Position numbers and translations under genes: made by a program
Notes under the pieces: model-generated
What the model was told of the DNA's origin: nothing
Seen by the model: the letters and a program-made list of their open reading frames with translations, nothing else
Databases searched by the model: none
Shown: positions 48,569-57,598 of the stretch, one piece after another
How positions within the stretch are numbered: position 1 is the first letter of the stretch
Layout of the letters: each line of letters opens with the position of its first letter
Source of the DNA: Planctomycetota bacterium
Lineage (GTDB): Bacteria; Planctomycetota; UBA1135; UBA2386
Direction of reading: 5' to 3'
Length of the DNA stretch: 64,000 nt
NCBI GenBank assembly: GCA_046290465.1
Contig: JBKAGP010000001.1
Location: forward strand, 2,816,001-2,880,000

Positions 48569-49263
48569 CGCTGCTTCGACACTCCCGGGAAGGCGCCGAA
48601 GTTGCGCGGGTTCATGCGCGGCAGGCCGCGGGCGACGTGATCGTCACCACGCTTGATGCACGACCCGAGCGTCTTGTCGCAAGTCGTGTAGGCCGCGGCC
48701 GAGTTGACGACGTAGCCGCACTGACGGCTGCCGAACGGCCAGCGGCATCTACGCGCCGTGAAGCGGTCCTGCGGCGCCGCCTTCTCGTAGAAGTTCTGGA
48801 AGCCGAGCCGGATGCTGATCGCGCGCGAAGTCGCGGTCGCCGAGATCACCTCGAAGTCCCAGCGTTCGAACTCGTGGTTGGGGTAGGCGATCGACAGCGC
48901 CGACTGCGGGACGGTGTACAGGCGGCACGTGTTGCCCTCGAGACCGGCACCGGCGTGCAGGTAGCGCATCAGCGCCCCGGTCGTGTTGTCGACCGAGAGC
49001 TGCAACCCCGGGAGGTTGCCTTCCCCGTCCCGGCGCATGACCGAGAGCGAGAAGTTCCACGGCTGCCATCCCCAACTCTCCGGGTGCGACGGCGGCCAGG
49101 AGAGGCCCTCGTGCCACTTGCACGAGCGCAGCAGCAGCGCGGGCATCGGCGTGTCCAGATCGAGCCGCGGTCGCTCCAGCTCGAGCTCGAGCAAGCGCAC
49201 GTAGGCGTCCGCACTGTGCGGATCCTCGCGCGACGCGAACGACGATGGCAGGGTGATGGGCAT
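48565..49263 (-). CDS. Minor tail protein gpL-like (4-Cys C-terminus)
   Basis: CRWPFGSRQCGY...CDKTLGSC...NFGAFPG. Confidence 0.85.
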   Translation of the reverse strand: MPITLPSSFASREDPHSADAYVRLLELELERPRLDLDTPMPALLLRSCKWHEGLSWPPSHPESWGWQPWNFSLSVMRRDGEGNLPGLQLSVDNTTGALMRYLHAGAGLEGNTCRLYTVPQSALSIAYPNHEFERWDFEVISATATSRAISIRLGFQNFYEKAAPQDRFTARRCRWPFGSRQCGYVVNSAAAYTTCDKTLGSCIKRGDDHVARGLPRMNPRNFGAFPGVSKQR

Positions 49264-49264
49264 C

Positions 49265-51043
49265 CTAGGCGGTGAACACCAGCTCGGTGACCTCGGTGGT
49301 GAGCTCGACCCGACCATCTGGCAGTCGAGACTCGGAGAACGGCGTGCGCTGCGTCACGGCGACCGACTCCCCACCGCCTGGCGTGGGGAGCGCGAAGTTT
49401 CGATTCTCACGCAGGAACACCGAGACGGCGGCGCCGTGGCTGGCAGCCAGCGGCCCCCAGGTGAGGGCGAGCACGCGCCGCGGCTTGATCCAGTTCGGCC
49501 AGGTCCGCGAGTAGCCGGCGCGCGCGCGGATGCGTCCGATCTCGTGCCCAGAGACCCGGACTGGCGTGGCTGCAATCGGCGGATAGGGCGGCGACGGCAG
49601 AGCGCCGACGAGCGGGCCCTCGCCGTGGAGCGAGAGTTCGATCGGTGTCGGGATCACCCACTTCGGAGCGCTGAGCGACTGATCGTGCACGCGGTTGAAG
49701 ACAGCGTGCGAGATCTCTGTCACCGACGCCGGTGCGAACGGCCCCGAGTTCTGGAACCAGAACCGCACGAAGTGGAGGCGAGCTTCGTCGACCGCTTCGA
49801 ACGGAAGCGTGCGCGCCTGCAGGTCAAGAACGGGGATCCGCTCCTGGTAGCCGAAGGACGCGGCGCCCTCGACGTAGGCGAACGCAGACGGGTAGGTGGC
49901 GCCCTGGTCCTCCAAGGCCGTGTGCGCACGGAAGCCGTTCCCGCCCGGCTCAAGTACCTGGAACGTCGCGCAGGCGAGCTGCAGCACGCCAACGGGCGCC
50001 GCCGGCGCTGACACCTCGTGCCGGCTGTACGGCGTCCACGGTTGGCCGTCGTAGAGCTCCGTCGCCTCGCCGTGCGAAGCCACGTAGGACCCCGCCTGCG
50101 GCGTGAGACCGAGGTCGACCCGGATCGCCAGCATCGTGTGGGCCTGCACCACGGGAACGACGCTCGCGATCTGGTCGGTGAGCCGCATCCGCCCGAAGGC
50201 GTCGACGACCTCGGTCTCCAGGCGCTGCATGCTCCCGATCGTGGTCACGACCGGTACTTCCGAAGGCGTCGGGACTCCGGTTGGGTGCGGGCGGTTCGTG
50301 CGCGCACTCGACTCGACCACCCACGCACCAGACCGCGCAGCGCCGTGCTGGAGGTCGGGCGGAGGCACGGTCGGCGATGGCTGCATGTAGGTCGCGTGCA
50401 GCAGGCACCAGGACTGCGAGCTCGCGCCGATGGCGTTGCTGCTCGTCCAGTCGAGCGCGCCAGACTCGTCCCGCTCAGCAAGCACGAGGTCGAGCGCTTC
50501 GAGCTCGTCCATGTCGGCCCAGAACCACCTGACGTCGCGAACCAACGGCGGCTCCGTCGCACTTGCCGCGTAGGCCGGCGTGTCGCCGTTCCAGTTCAAG
50601 CGCGCGTAGAGGCCGAACTCGGCGGCACTCGTGTTCGTCGTGGCGCCGAACGTGGGGTCGCTGATCGCCGGTCGGCCCGTTCCGGCCGACTGCTGCACCA
50701 TGATGAACGTGAAGGGCATCCCGGCCCACAGCGTGGTCTTCAGCGACTCATGCCGTAGCGAGAACCGCGCGCGATGGAACGTGCTGCGCGCGCCCCCCGT
50801 CAGCCCCATGCAGACCTCGAGCACCCCGCGCTCCGGCGTCGCACCGACGGTCCGGACCTGGCAAACGAACCCGGTGACGACGAGCGCCAGGCGCTTGCTC
50901 GCGCCGGCCGGCAGGTGACCCAGCGGGATCGCATCGACCTGCTGCCAGTCGCTCGGCGCGTTCGACGTCGGCGACGACGGGAACAGCGTCACGTTGACGT
51001 CAGCGGGCGCCCTGCGAAGGCCGAAGAGCCGTTCGTCCGCCAC
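49265..51043 (-). CDS. Large protein with C-terminal gpM/distal-tail-like domain
   Basis: Occupies the gpM slot between tape measure and L; C-terminal RRVLALTWGP...FALPTPGGGESVAV. Confidence 0.6.
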   Translation of the reverse strand: MADERLFGLRRAPADVNVTLFPSSPTSNAPSDWQQVDAIPLGHLPAGASKRLALVVTGFVCQVRTVGATPERGVLEVCMGLTGGARSTFHRARFSLRHESLKTTLWAGMPFTFIMVQQSAGTGRPAISDPTFGATTNTSAAEFGLYARLNWNGDTPAYAASATEPPLVRDVRWFWADMDELEALDLVLAERDESGALDWTSSNAIGASSQSWCLLHATYMQPSPTVPPPDLQHGAARSGAWVVESSARTNRPHPTGVPTPSEVPVVTTIGSMQRLETEVVDAFGRMRLTDQIASVVPVVQAHTMLAIRVDLGLTPQAGSYVASHGEATELYDGQPWTPYSRHEVSAPAAPVGVLQLACATFQVLEPGGNGFRAHTALEDQGATYPSAFAYVEGAASFGYQERIPVLDLQARTLPFEAVDEARLHFVRFWFQNSGPFAPASVTEISHAVFNRVHDQSLSAPKWVIPTPIELSLHGEGPLVGALPSPPYPPIAATPVRVSGHEIGRIRARAGYSRTWPNWIKPRRVLALTWGPLAASHGAAVSVFLRENRNFALPTPGGGESVAVTQRTPFSESRLPDGRVELTTEVTELVFTA

Positions 51044-53052
51044 TACCTGGCCCCCTTCTGGACGCTCTGCCTGAAGCCGCGGTGGGAGGACAGGTCGTCA
51101 GAGACCAGGCTCCGGATCGTCTCGCGGTTGGCGACGAGCCCCTCGGCGGCGTCGCGACTGTCCCAGGCGTAGACGTTGACGTTCACGTTGCGCGCGCCGC
51201 CGGCGGCCGGCGAAGGGCCGAGGTAGACGGCTGCAGCGCCGCTGCCGCCGAGCGCCGCCGGAGACGCCTGCAGGCTCGCGGCCGACGCCGTTCCGCCGCC
51301 ACCGCCGCCGACGTCGACGCTCCCACCCCCGGTGAACAGGCTGATCGTGCGCAGCACCAGCAGCCGCGCGATGACCTGCGCGATCATCTGGAGCGTCGAG
51401 ACACCCCACTGACGGAACGCCTCGCGCATCGACTGCGCGCCGGTGATGACGCCAGCGATCGAGTTCGCGAGGCCGTCCACGGCTCGTGTAGCAACAGATC
51501 CAAATGCCGCACCAACCGTAGCGTCGAATCGATTCAGCTCCCCGCGGAGGCGCTTGATGCTCTCCTCGAACCCCTCGGAGAACGTCCGGGGGAGATCCAC
51601 CGTCAGCTTCGGCTGTGCGCCCTTATTGATGGCCTCGCCAATCTCCTTGCCGGCCTGCTCCGCGTCCGACTTCGGGACTCCGGAGGCCCGCAACCGCCGA
51701 ACCATCTCCTCACGCAGCTGCTCGAATGTCCTGAAGGACTGCTGAACCGAGGCCGCGATACCTGTCGCCGCCGGTTGCTCAGCACCATTCAACTCGTCGA
51801 AGAACCGCCGCACAGCGTTCCGCGCACGCTCTGAGAAGTAGATGAACTGCTCGTTGGCCGGAAGCTCGGCAATCCGAAGTTCCTGTAGCTCGCGCAGCTT
51901 CTGCGTCTCTCGATCGAGAATGTCCAAACGCTTAGAGCTCGGCTCGACACCACGATCACGCCGCCGAGCGATGGACGAGTTGAGAGCGTCGATGCCCCTC
52001 TGGACGTCGGCAATCTGATCGTTGAGCGCAGTCAACCTGGGCGATGGCGCGGACGTCGACTTCCGCTCGAACTCGAAGAAGCCCAACGTGAAGCCATCCG
52101 CAACGGCTGCGAAGTCGGCGAGCGTCTTCTCCAGGCCCTTCGGGATGCTCGCTACGAACTGTGCGACGTCGATGGCCACTTGCGACAACCCCGAGATCGC
52201 CTGGACCGTTGCAGCCGCGATGTCCTTGATCGAGTCCTTGTTCGAGAGCAGCGCCTTGGTCAGCCTATCGATCCCCTTCGTGACCGCTGGTTCGAACTCC
52301 ACGATCACCAAGCGAGAGACAGACTCGATCGCGGTCTGAAGGCTCCGGAACGCCTTCTCGGACCGCACTGCCGCGCGCGCTTGCTCAGATGTGATCGTCG
52401 CACCCGCGCGCCGAGCTTGTTCGAGAGACGTCTGGAACGCCGCCGAGCCGTCGCCAATCAGGTTGATTACGTTCCGCCACTGCTCTGGGAACAGCTTGAC
52501 CAGCTCGAGGTACTGCTCGCTGCCCTCATTCAGGTCAGTGATGCCGCCCGCCATTGCCCTGAAGACGTCGATGGGGTTCTTGCCCCTGAGGTCGTCGACT
52601 TCGACGCCGAGGCGCGCGAAGGCATCGATCTGTCGCTGCGCACCCTCGAGGGCTGCCCCCTGCGCGGCAGCCAACGACGACATCACCGCACGGAACTGCT
52701 CGGCGTTGCCTCCTGCCTCCTGGAACGCGAACCGAAGCTCGCTCAGGTTCTCGATTGTCTCTCCGGTGGCACGAGCGACGGCCACGAGCTCGTCGACCTG
52801 CTGGTTGATGGCACGACCTGCGGCCACGATCTCTGAAGCGAACTGAGCGATCTTGAGGCCTGCGTAGATAGCGGCGACGGCGGCGGCCGCCTTCTTGACG
52901 GCCGCCCACGACTTCGCCGCCCGGTTGTTCGCCTTCTCAGTCTGGTCGGCGACCTTCTTGACCTCGTCACGGATCCCGCCCAGCTGCTTGGTGATCTCAT
53001 CAACCAGCAGCGCTCGGATGCTGAGCGTGCGCTTGTCGGTACGATTCGTCAC
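51043..53052 (-). CDS. Tail tape measure protein
   Basis: Ala-rich helical, LSELRFA...FARLGV, C-terminal NVNVNVYAWDS; follows the TAC genes. Confidence 0.9.
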   Translation of the reverse strand: MTNRTDKRTLSIRALLVDEITKQLGGIRDEVKKVADQTEKANNRAAKSWAAVKKAAAAVAAIYAGLKIAQFASEIVAAGRAINQQVDELVAVARATGETIENLSELRFAFQEAGGNAEQFRAVMSSLAAAQGAALEGAQRQIDAFARLGVEVDDLRGKNPIDVFRAMAGGITDLNEGSEQYLELVKLFPEQWRNVINLIGDGSAAFQTSLEQARRAGATITSEQARAAVRSEKAFRSLQTAIESVSRLVIVEFEPAVTKGIDRLTKALLSNKDSIKDIAAATVQAISGLSQVAIDVAQFVASIPKGLEKTLADFAAVADGFTLGFFEFERKSTSAPSPRLTALNDQIADVQRGIDALNSSIARRRDRGVEPSSKRLDILDRETQKLRELQELRIAELPANEQFIYFSERARNAVRRFFDELNGAEQPAATGIAASVQQSFRTFEQLREEMVRRLRASGVPKSDAEQAGKEIGEAINKGAQPKLTVDLPRTFSEGFEESIKRLRGELNRFDATVGAAFGSVATRAVDGLANSIAGVITGAQSMREAFRQWGVSTLQMIAQVIARLLVLRTISLFTGGGSVDVGGGGGGTASAASLQASPAALGGSGAAAVYLGPSPAAGGARNVNVNVYAWDSRDAAEGLVANRETIRSLVSDDLSSHRGFRQSVQKGAR

Positions 53053-53474
53053 CTCGGACTCCCCGCCCGACGATTCGGGGGATTCAGTGCGCGTTCCCGG
53101 TAGCTGTGAATCTCACGAGCGCCGAACGGGTAGGCGCTCACGAACGTTGCAGCCTGGTCGTTCCAGCCTCCGGGGTCCGGCAACACCCCATTCTCGACCA
53201 TGGCGAAGGCCGCGATGAGGCCCAGTTCGCGCTCAGTCACGACGCGATGCGGACACTCGCTCTGCGGGATCTGGCCGGTGCCGGCGCACGCCGTGCACTC
53301 CGGCGAGTCGCCAGCGCAGAACGGGCACCCGAGATACCCCCAAGGTTCGGCGGACGGACCATCACAGCCCCACTCCGCGCGCAGGCGCCGACTGGTTCTG
53401 CAGACCCGGCATGACTGCACCGGGCCCTCCCCCTTTGCGGAGCAGACGATGGCCGCCGCCAACATCACTTTCCC
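53049..53474 (-). CDS. Tail assembly chaperone gpT portion (-1 frameshift product), Cys-rich
   Basis: Open -1 frame from the slippery site; CxxC motifs; LPDPGGWNDQAA. Confidence 0.8.
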   Translation of the reverse strand, partial: GKVMLAAAIVCSAKGEGPVQSCRVCRTSRRLRAEWGCDGPSAEPWGYLGCPFCAGDSPECTACAGTGQIPQSECPHRVVTERELGLIAAFAMVENGVLPDPGGWNDQAATFVSAYPFGAREIHSYRERALNPPNRRAGSPR

Positions 53475-53839
53475 ACGTCTTCCTGCGTAGTCCGATTCTG
53501 CTTCACGACCTGCTCGGCCAGTTCGGCGATGCAATCGGCTGGGAGCGAGTCGTAGCTGCTCAGCGCGAGCGGCTTCTCGACCTCGACCCCGAACAGCATC
53601 TGCGAGCCCTCGACGCGCACAGCCTCAACCGGGCGGCCCTGCGCGTCGGCCATGCCATCCCAGCCGCGAACGCCCGCCCGAACTACAAGCTCGACCTGCT
53701 CTTGTTCCTTCAGGCTCGGCAAGGCGAGCATGGTCCGGTGCGACAGCACGCCGATCCGGAAAGTCGTGGGGCGGGGCGAGTCCTTGTCGGACTCGAGGAC
53801 GACCGAGAAGACCTCGGCCACGGATCGTGCGATCACCAA
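53465..53839 (-). CDS. Tail assembly chaperone gpG
   Basis: AAGGAG RBS then TTG 53839; GVRGWDG motif; ends GTG GGA AAG TGA. Confidence 0.8.
   Translation of the reverse strand: MVIARSVAEVFSVVLESDKDSPRPTTFRIGVLSHRTMLALPSLKEQEQVELVVRAGVRGWDGMADAQGRPVEAVRVEGSQMLFGVEVEKPLALSSYDSLPADCIAELAEQVVKQNRTTQEDVGK
53468..53474 (-). other. Programmed -1 ribosomal frameshift site G GGA AAG
   Basis: Same heptamer as the lambda G/T site, in the correct frame immediately before the gpG stop. Confidence 0.88.
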
Positions 53840-53852
53840 GGGATGCGGCTCC

Positions 53853-55274
53853 TTACAGCTGCGAGAAGTAGAGGTCGTCGTCGCCCGACTCGGCGATGCG
53901 CATCGGCCGGAGCGTGACGTCGAACACGGAGATGCCGTTGGCGTCCGAGAGGGACACCTCAGCGACCTGGCAGTGCGGCGCGACGACGGACAGCGGGTTG
54001 CCGTTGGCGTCGACCAGGACCGCCGCGAACCGCACCGCGGTGCCGTTGTCGCGCATCGCTTCCCAGTCGAAGGCACCGTTCACGTTGTCGACGGTGATCT
54101 GGATCGTCGAATCGCGGTCCGTGATGTTCGCGCCGGTCGCGCCGCCGGGACTGTTCGCGTCGAGGTTCGGAGAGACGGTGCCGGCGTTGTCGAGGTTGAT
54201 GCTCTTGATCGGCAGCCGGTAGACGTTGGCGTCCGAGTCGTACTCGCCGACTGCGACCACAGCGCCGAGCAGTCGCGGGCCCTTGACCGAGCTGGTCGCG
54301 CTCGAGGCCGCCGGAGCCACGTCGAGGTCGGAACCGATGTCGCCCTGGAACGTCCAGCTGAACTGCAGCGGCTCGCCGACGCTGCCCTGCATGCTGAAGG
54401 TGCCGCGCGCGCCCTTCAGCTCCCGCCGGCGGCCGTCGAGGTTGTGCCAGAAGACGAGCGTCGGGCCCTTCACGACGGTCGGCGCCGCGTTCAGCGTGGC
54501 GGTGTTCGTCCCGTCGGTCACGACGTCGCCGTTCGCGATGCTGCCCCAGAGCAGGGTGACGTTCAGGTCGTCGAGCGCCGTGACCTCGACGACCGTGAGG
54601 CCGCCCACGAGTTCGCCGCCGCGCTCGATGTTGTAGCTCTTGCCCGCGGCCGCGCCGGTCAGGTCAGCGGCGAACCCGATCTGCATCAGCGACTCGCTGG
54701 TCGGCGCGTAGCTGAACGAGTTCGCCCGCGTCGCAGCGCCCGAGGGCGTCGTGCCGGCACCAGACGACGCACCCGTCACCGCGTTCACAGCGTTGAACGC
54801 CGACGAGCTCGTGCGCGCCACGACCAGGACGTCGCCGGACGAGGTGGCCTTGTCGACGGAGCTGCCCCCGCTCGTGATCGCGACCACGATGCCCTCGGCG
54901 TCGCTCGTCGCCTGGGTCACGCGCTCGCCGACGACGAAGTAGCCGGTGCCTCCGGAGACGCTTCCGCAGGTCAGGTTCTGGACCGCCGGCACCGCGGCAT
55001 AGCCGCACGCCTTGAGCAGCCTTGCGAACTCCGGTTCGGCCGCACCGCCGCTGCCGCGGAAGTCGGTCTGGAACGACAGCTCGCGGGTCTTCCGGCCGGG
55101 AGGCTGGAACGCTCCCGAAAGCGTCGCGCCGCTCGGCGTCCGGTCGAGGAAGTCCGTCGAGTCGGAGATCGACGGGTCGTAGACCAGGATCGCATCGGAT
55201 CCGGTGAGGGTTCCGCCGCCGCCAGGCGTGGTTTCGATCGCTCCGAGGAGCTGCTGCTTTCGGGTGAGGACCAT
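53853..55274 (-). CDS. Major tail tube protein with inserted domain
   Basis: LLGAIETTPG, LLKACG, LKGARGTFSM...FSWTFQG; position before TAC/TMP. Confidence 0.8.
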   Translation of the reverse strand: MVLTRKQQLLGAIETTPGGGGTLTGSDAILVYDPSISDSTDFLDRTPSGATLSGAFQPPGRKTRELSFQTDFRGSGGAAEPEFARLLKACGYAAVPAVQNLTCGSVSGGTGYFVVGERVTQATSDAEGIVVAITSGGSSVDKATSSGDVLVVARTSSSAFNAVNAVTGASSGAGTTPSGAATRANSFSYAPTSESLMQIGFAADLTGAAAGKSYNIERGGELVGGLTVVEVTALDDLNVTLLWGSIANGDVVTDGTNTATLNAAPTVVKGPTLVFWHNLDGRRRELKGARGTFSMQGSVGEPLQFSWTFQGDIGSDLDVAPAASSATSSVKGPRLLGAVVAVGEYDSDANVYRLPIKSINLDNAGTVSPNLDANSPGGATGANITDRDSTIQITVDNVNGAFDWEAMRDNGTAVRFAAVLVDANGNPLSVVAPHCQVAEVSLSDANGISVFDVTLRPMRIAESGDDDLYFSQL

Positions 55275-55277
55275 GTC

Positions 55278-55622
55278 TCAGGAGTGCGCCAGCAGGACCT
55301 CGAGCTCGCCCGAGACGCTGGCGGTCGTCGGCGACGAGTAGGAGAACTGCGGCGGGGTCAGCCACCGCACCTTGATCGCCTGGCTCTCGCCCGGCGGTGT
55401 CCAGTCGAAGGCGCCGACCCCGTGCTCGAGGTAGTGGCGCCAGATCGCGTCCGCGACTTCCCTGCGCTTATCCGACCAGGTCAAGAGCAGCTCGCGCGCG
55501 CAGAGCTCGGCGTCGACCGTCTGGCCGAACACCAGCGGTCCCGAGTCCGATGTCTCGAAGCCGGGATCGGGGCGTTCCGCGACCGCGCTCGGCGGCGGCA
55601 GGCCTGTCGCTGGAATGCTCAT
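55278..55622 (-). CDS. Stand-alone gpM-like minor tail protein
   Basis: RELLLTW...YLEHGVGAFDWTPPGESQAIKVRW, resembling the lambda gpM F.WTPP motif. Confidence 0.7.
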   Translation of the reverse strand: MSIPATGLPPPSAVAERPDPGFETSDSGPLVFGQTVDAELCARELLLTWSDKRREVADAIWRHYLEHGVGAFDWTPPGESQAIKVRWLTPPQFSYSSPTTASVSGELEVLLAHS

Positions 55623-56062
55623 AGGCCCGGGTCCTGGTAGTGGTGCCGGTACGAGAAGGTCAGGCCGATGAAGGCGCCGAGTTCGCCCTTGTCGTCCGGG
55701 CCCTCGATCTCATGCCCCGCGACCACCACGTCGGAGAAGCCCGGCACGGTTCCGGCAGTGTCCGGCGCATGCACGACCTTCTCGATCTCCGTGACCATCC
55801 GGTCGAGGTAGCGGTAGGCGTTGCCGCCGTCGGTGACCTCGTCGGCGTCGCCAACGCTGACGACGAGCGTGACCTCGACCCGGAAGGTCGCCTCGTAGGT
55901 CTCGGACGTGCCGAGCTCCTTGTCCTCGCCGTCGGGGTGGACGTAGGCCGTCGGCCCGTCGGGGCGGGTGTTCCGCATGTCGCGGAGCGTGCCCGTCATC
56001 CCCTCGATGGCGTCGATCCTGGTGACGAGCTCCATCAGGATCCGGTCGCGGATGCTAGCCAC
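55619..56062 (-). CDS. Tail terminator (gpU-like)
   Basis: SIRDRIL..., position and size. Confidence 0.6.
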   Translation of the reverse strand: MASIRDRILMELVTRIDAIEGMTGTLRDMRNTRPDGPTAYVHPDGEDKELGTSETYEATFRVEVTLVVSVGDADEVTDGGNAYRYLDRMVTEIEKVVHAPDTAGTVPGFSDVVVAGHEIEGPDDKGELGAFIGLTFSYRHHYQDPGL

Positions 56063-56759
56063 GGCCGGCCTCCATGTCCTCGACCATGCGCCTCGTGCGG
56101 TCGCGCAGCTTCAGGTCGCGCGCGCCGCGCAGCTGGTCCCACGTGCGGTAGAACTTCAGCGTCGGGCGGTTCATCACCCGCGGCAGCTGCGCGTAGCGCA
56201 ACCGGAGCTTGCGGATCTTCTTCCGGTCGCGCACGCGCTGGGCGACGACCTTCTTCATCTCCTCGAACACGAGGTATCCGCCGCCGCGGCGCGGGAAGAT
56301 GCGCAGCCGCCGGTTCGGGTACTTCTTCTTGAAGTCGCTCGGCGTCGGCAGCCCGCGCGTCTTAACCGGGATGGTCAGCAGCTTGCCCTTGGCCCGCGTG
56401 ACGCCGCCCTGCTCGAGCAGCTCGAGCGCGTCGCTGCCGGTGCTGATCTCCGCTCGGAAGCGCTGCAGCTTGGCGACCGCGTCTTCGGGGCCGCTCGCCA
56501 TCTTGTCGGTCGGCACTTCGTAGCCGACGGCGCGGCGACCAGGCCGCGACTTGCCGACCCGGCCGACGTCGATGCCCTTGCCGCCCTTGCGCTTCCGGCC
56601 GAAGCTCGGCCGCTGGCGACGCAACCACGCCGTTCGGTGCTCGATCATCGAGCCGAACCAGAACCCGCGGACGTGACGGTATGCCGCCATCGGAGCCGCG
56701 CGCACGACGTCAAGCAGCCCATCGGGCTGGAAGTCGAGTTCCACACCGCCGCCGGCCAC
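56055..56759 (-). CDS. Basic neck/tail completion protein (gpZ / virion morphogenesis-like)
   Basis: LLEQGGVTRAKGKLLTIP; very basic; position. Confidence 0.6.
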   Translation of the reverse strand: MAGGGVELDFQPDGLLDVVRAAPMAAYRHVRGFWFGSMIEHRTAWLRRQRPSFGRKRKGGKGIDVGRVGKSRPGRRAVGYEVPTDKMASGPEDAVAKLQRFRAEISTGSDALELLEQGGVTRAKGKLLTIPVKTRGLPTPSDFKKKYPNRRLRIFPRRGGGYLVFEEMKKVVAQRVRDRKKIRKLRLRYAQLPRVMNRPTLKFYRTWDQLRGARDLKLRDRTRRMVEDMEAGRG

Positions 56760-57097
56760 TACTCGAGCACCTCCACGATGATCCGTGCCTGGTCCTCGCC
56801 GACGACGCGAACCACGCAGCACGGAACGGCCGCTTCGCCGATCCGGACCGGCAGCACGATCCGGTCCTTGCCGACGACCACCGACTCGACGCCCGTTGTC
56901 GCGTGCCGCGGCATCGCCACGACGCAGCTGCGCCGGTTGATCTCGCCGTCGGGCCCGTCGAAGTCGCGGCGCACGGCCGCGTTGAACGTGCGCTCCGGCG
57001 ACCCGTCGCTGAACCGGTACGTGATCGACTCGGCAACGCCGTTGGCGTTGCCGTAGATCTCGCGCGCGTGGCGCTGCTGTAGGTCGCGGAGGCCCAC
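56759..57097 (-). CDS. Head closure / head-tail joining protein (gpFII-like)
   Basis: GTG 57097 with TAGTG coupling; AESITYRF; position. Confidence 0.6.
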   Translation of the reverse strand: MGLRDLQQRHAREIYGNANGVAESITYRFSDGSPERTFNAAVRRDFDGPDGEINRRSCVVAMPRHATTGVESVVVGKDRIVLPVRIGEAAVPCCVVRVVGEDQARIIVEVLE

Positions 57098-57537
57098 TAC
57101 GGGACCATCGCCCCCTTGAACAGGACCGCGACCCGCGAGCCGCTCAGGACGGTCACGATCTTGCCGACCGTCAAGCCGGTGATCGCGCTGGCGCGCTCGA
57201 TGCGGAACGTGTTGTCGTCGGTCGCCTCGACAGTCACGGCCGCCGCGCCGACGTCCGACTGCAGGGCCGTCTCGGTCGTGATGTCGAGCTCGATGCCGCC
57301 CTGCGCGCGCACGCCGATCGTCCGATCGCCGTCCGCCTCGCCGGACACCGCCAGGCTCGTCTCCAGCGCGAAGCCGGCGAACGTGCCCGCGCCCGAGGCC
57401 ACCTCCAGGTAGCCGCCGTTCAGCTCGAGGCACGCGCCGGCGTAGATGGTCTGACCCGCCTTGACCGGCATCTGCTGCAGGTCGATTTCGGGGACGTTCG
57501 CCAGGAACGGCGGGACTCGCTCTTCGGTCATTGCCAT
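57097..57537 (-). CDS. Capsid cement/decoration protein
   Basis: PVKAGQTIYAGA...FAGFA...GDRTIGVR..G pattern; directly after the major capsid gene. Confidence 0.8.
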   Translation of the reverse strand: MAMTEERVPPFLANVPEIDLQQMPVKAGQTIYAGACLELNGGYLEVASGAGTFAGFALETSLAVSGEADGDRTIGVRAQGGIELDITTETALQSDVGAAAVTVEATDDNTFRIERASAITGLTVGKIVTVLSGSRVAVLFKGAMVP

Positions 57538-57598
57538 TTGGATCTCTCCTTGTGTGGATCTGGGTGGTGGGCGGCGCGGGGACGTGCCGCCCGATCGA

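Noticed and set aside
53853..55274. Contractile tail, tailocin or GTA interpretation
   Set aside because: There are no sheath or baseplate wedge genes; the integrase, repressor and lambda-type L/K/J tail tip indicate an ordinary temperate siphovirus-type prophage.
39023..57537. Cement duplication as a diversity-generating retroelement TR/VR pair
   Set aside because: Differences are not adenine-specific, both copies are full coding domains, and no reverse transcriptase is in the window.
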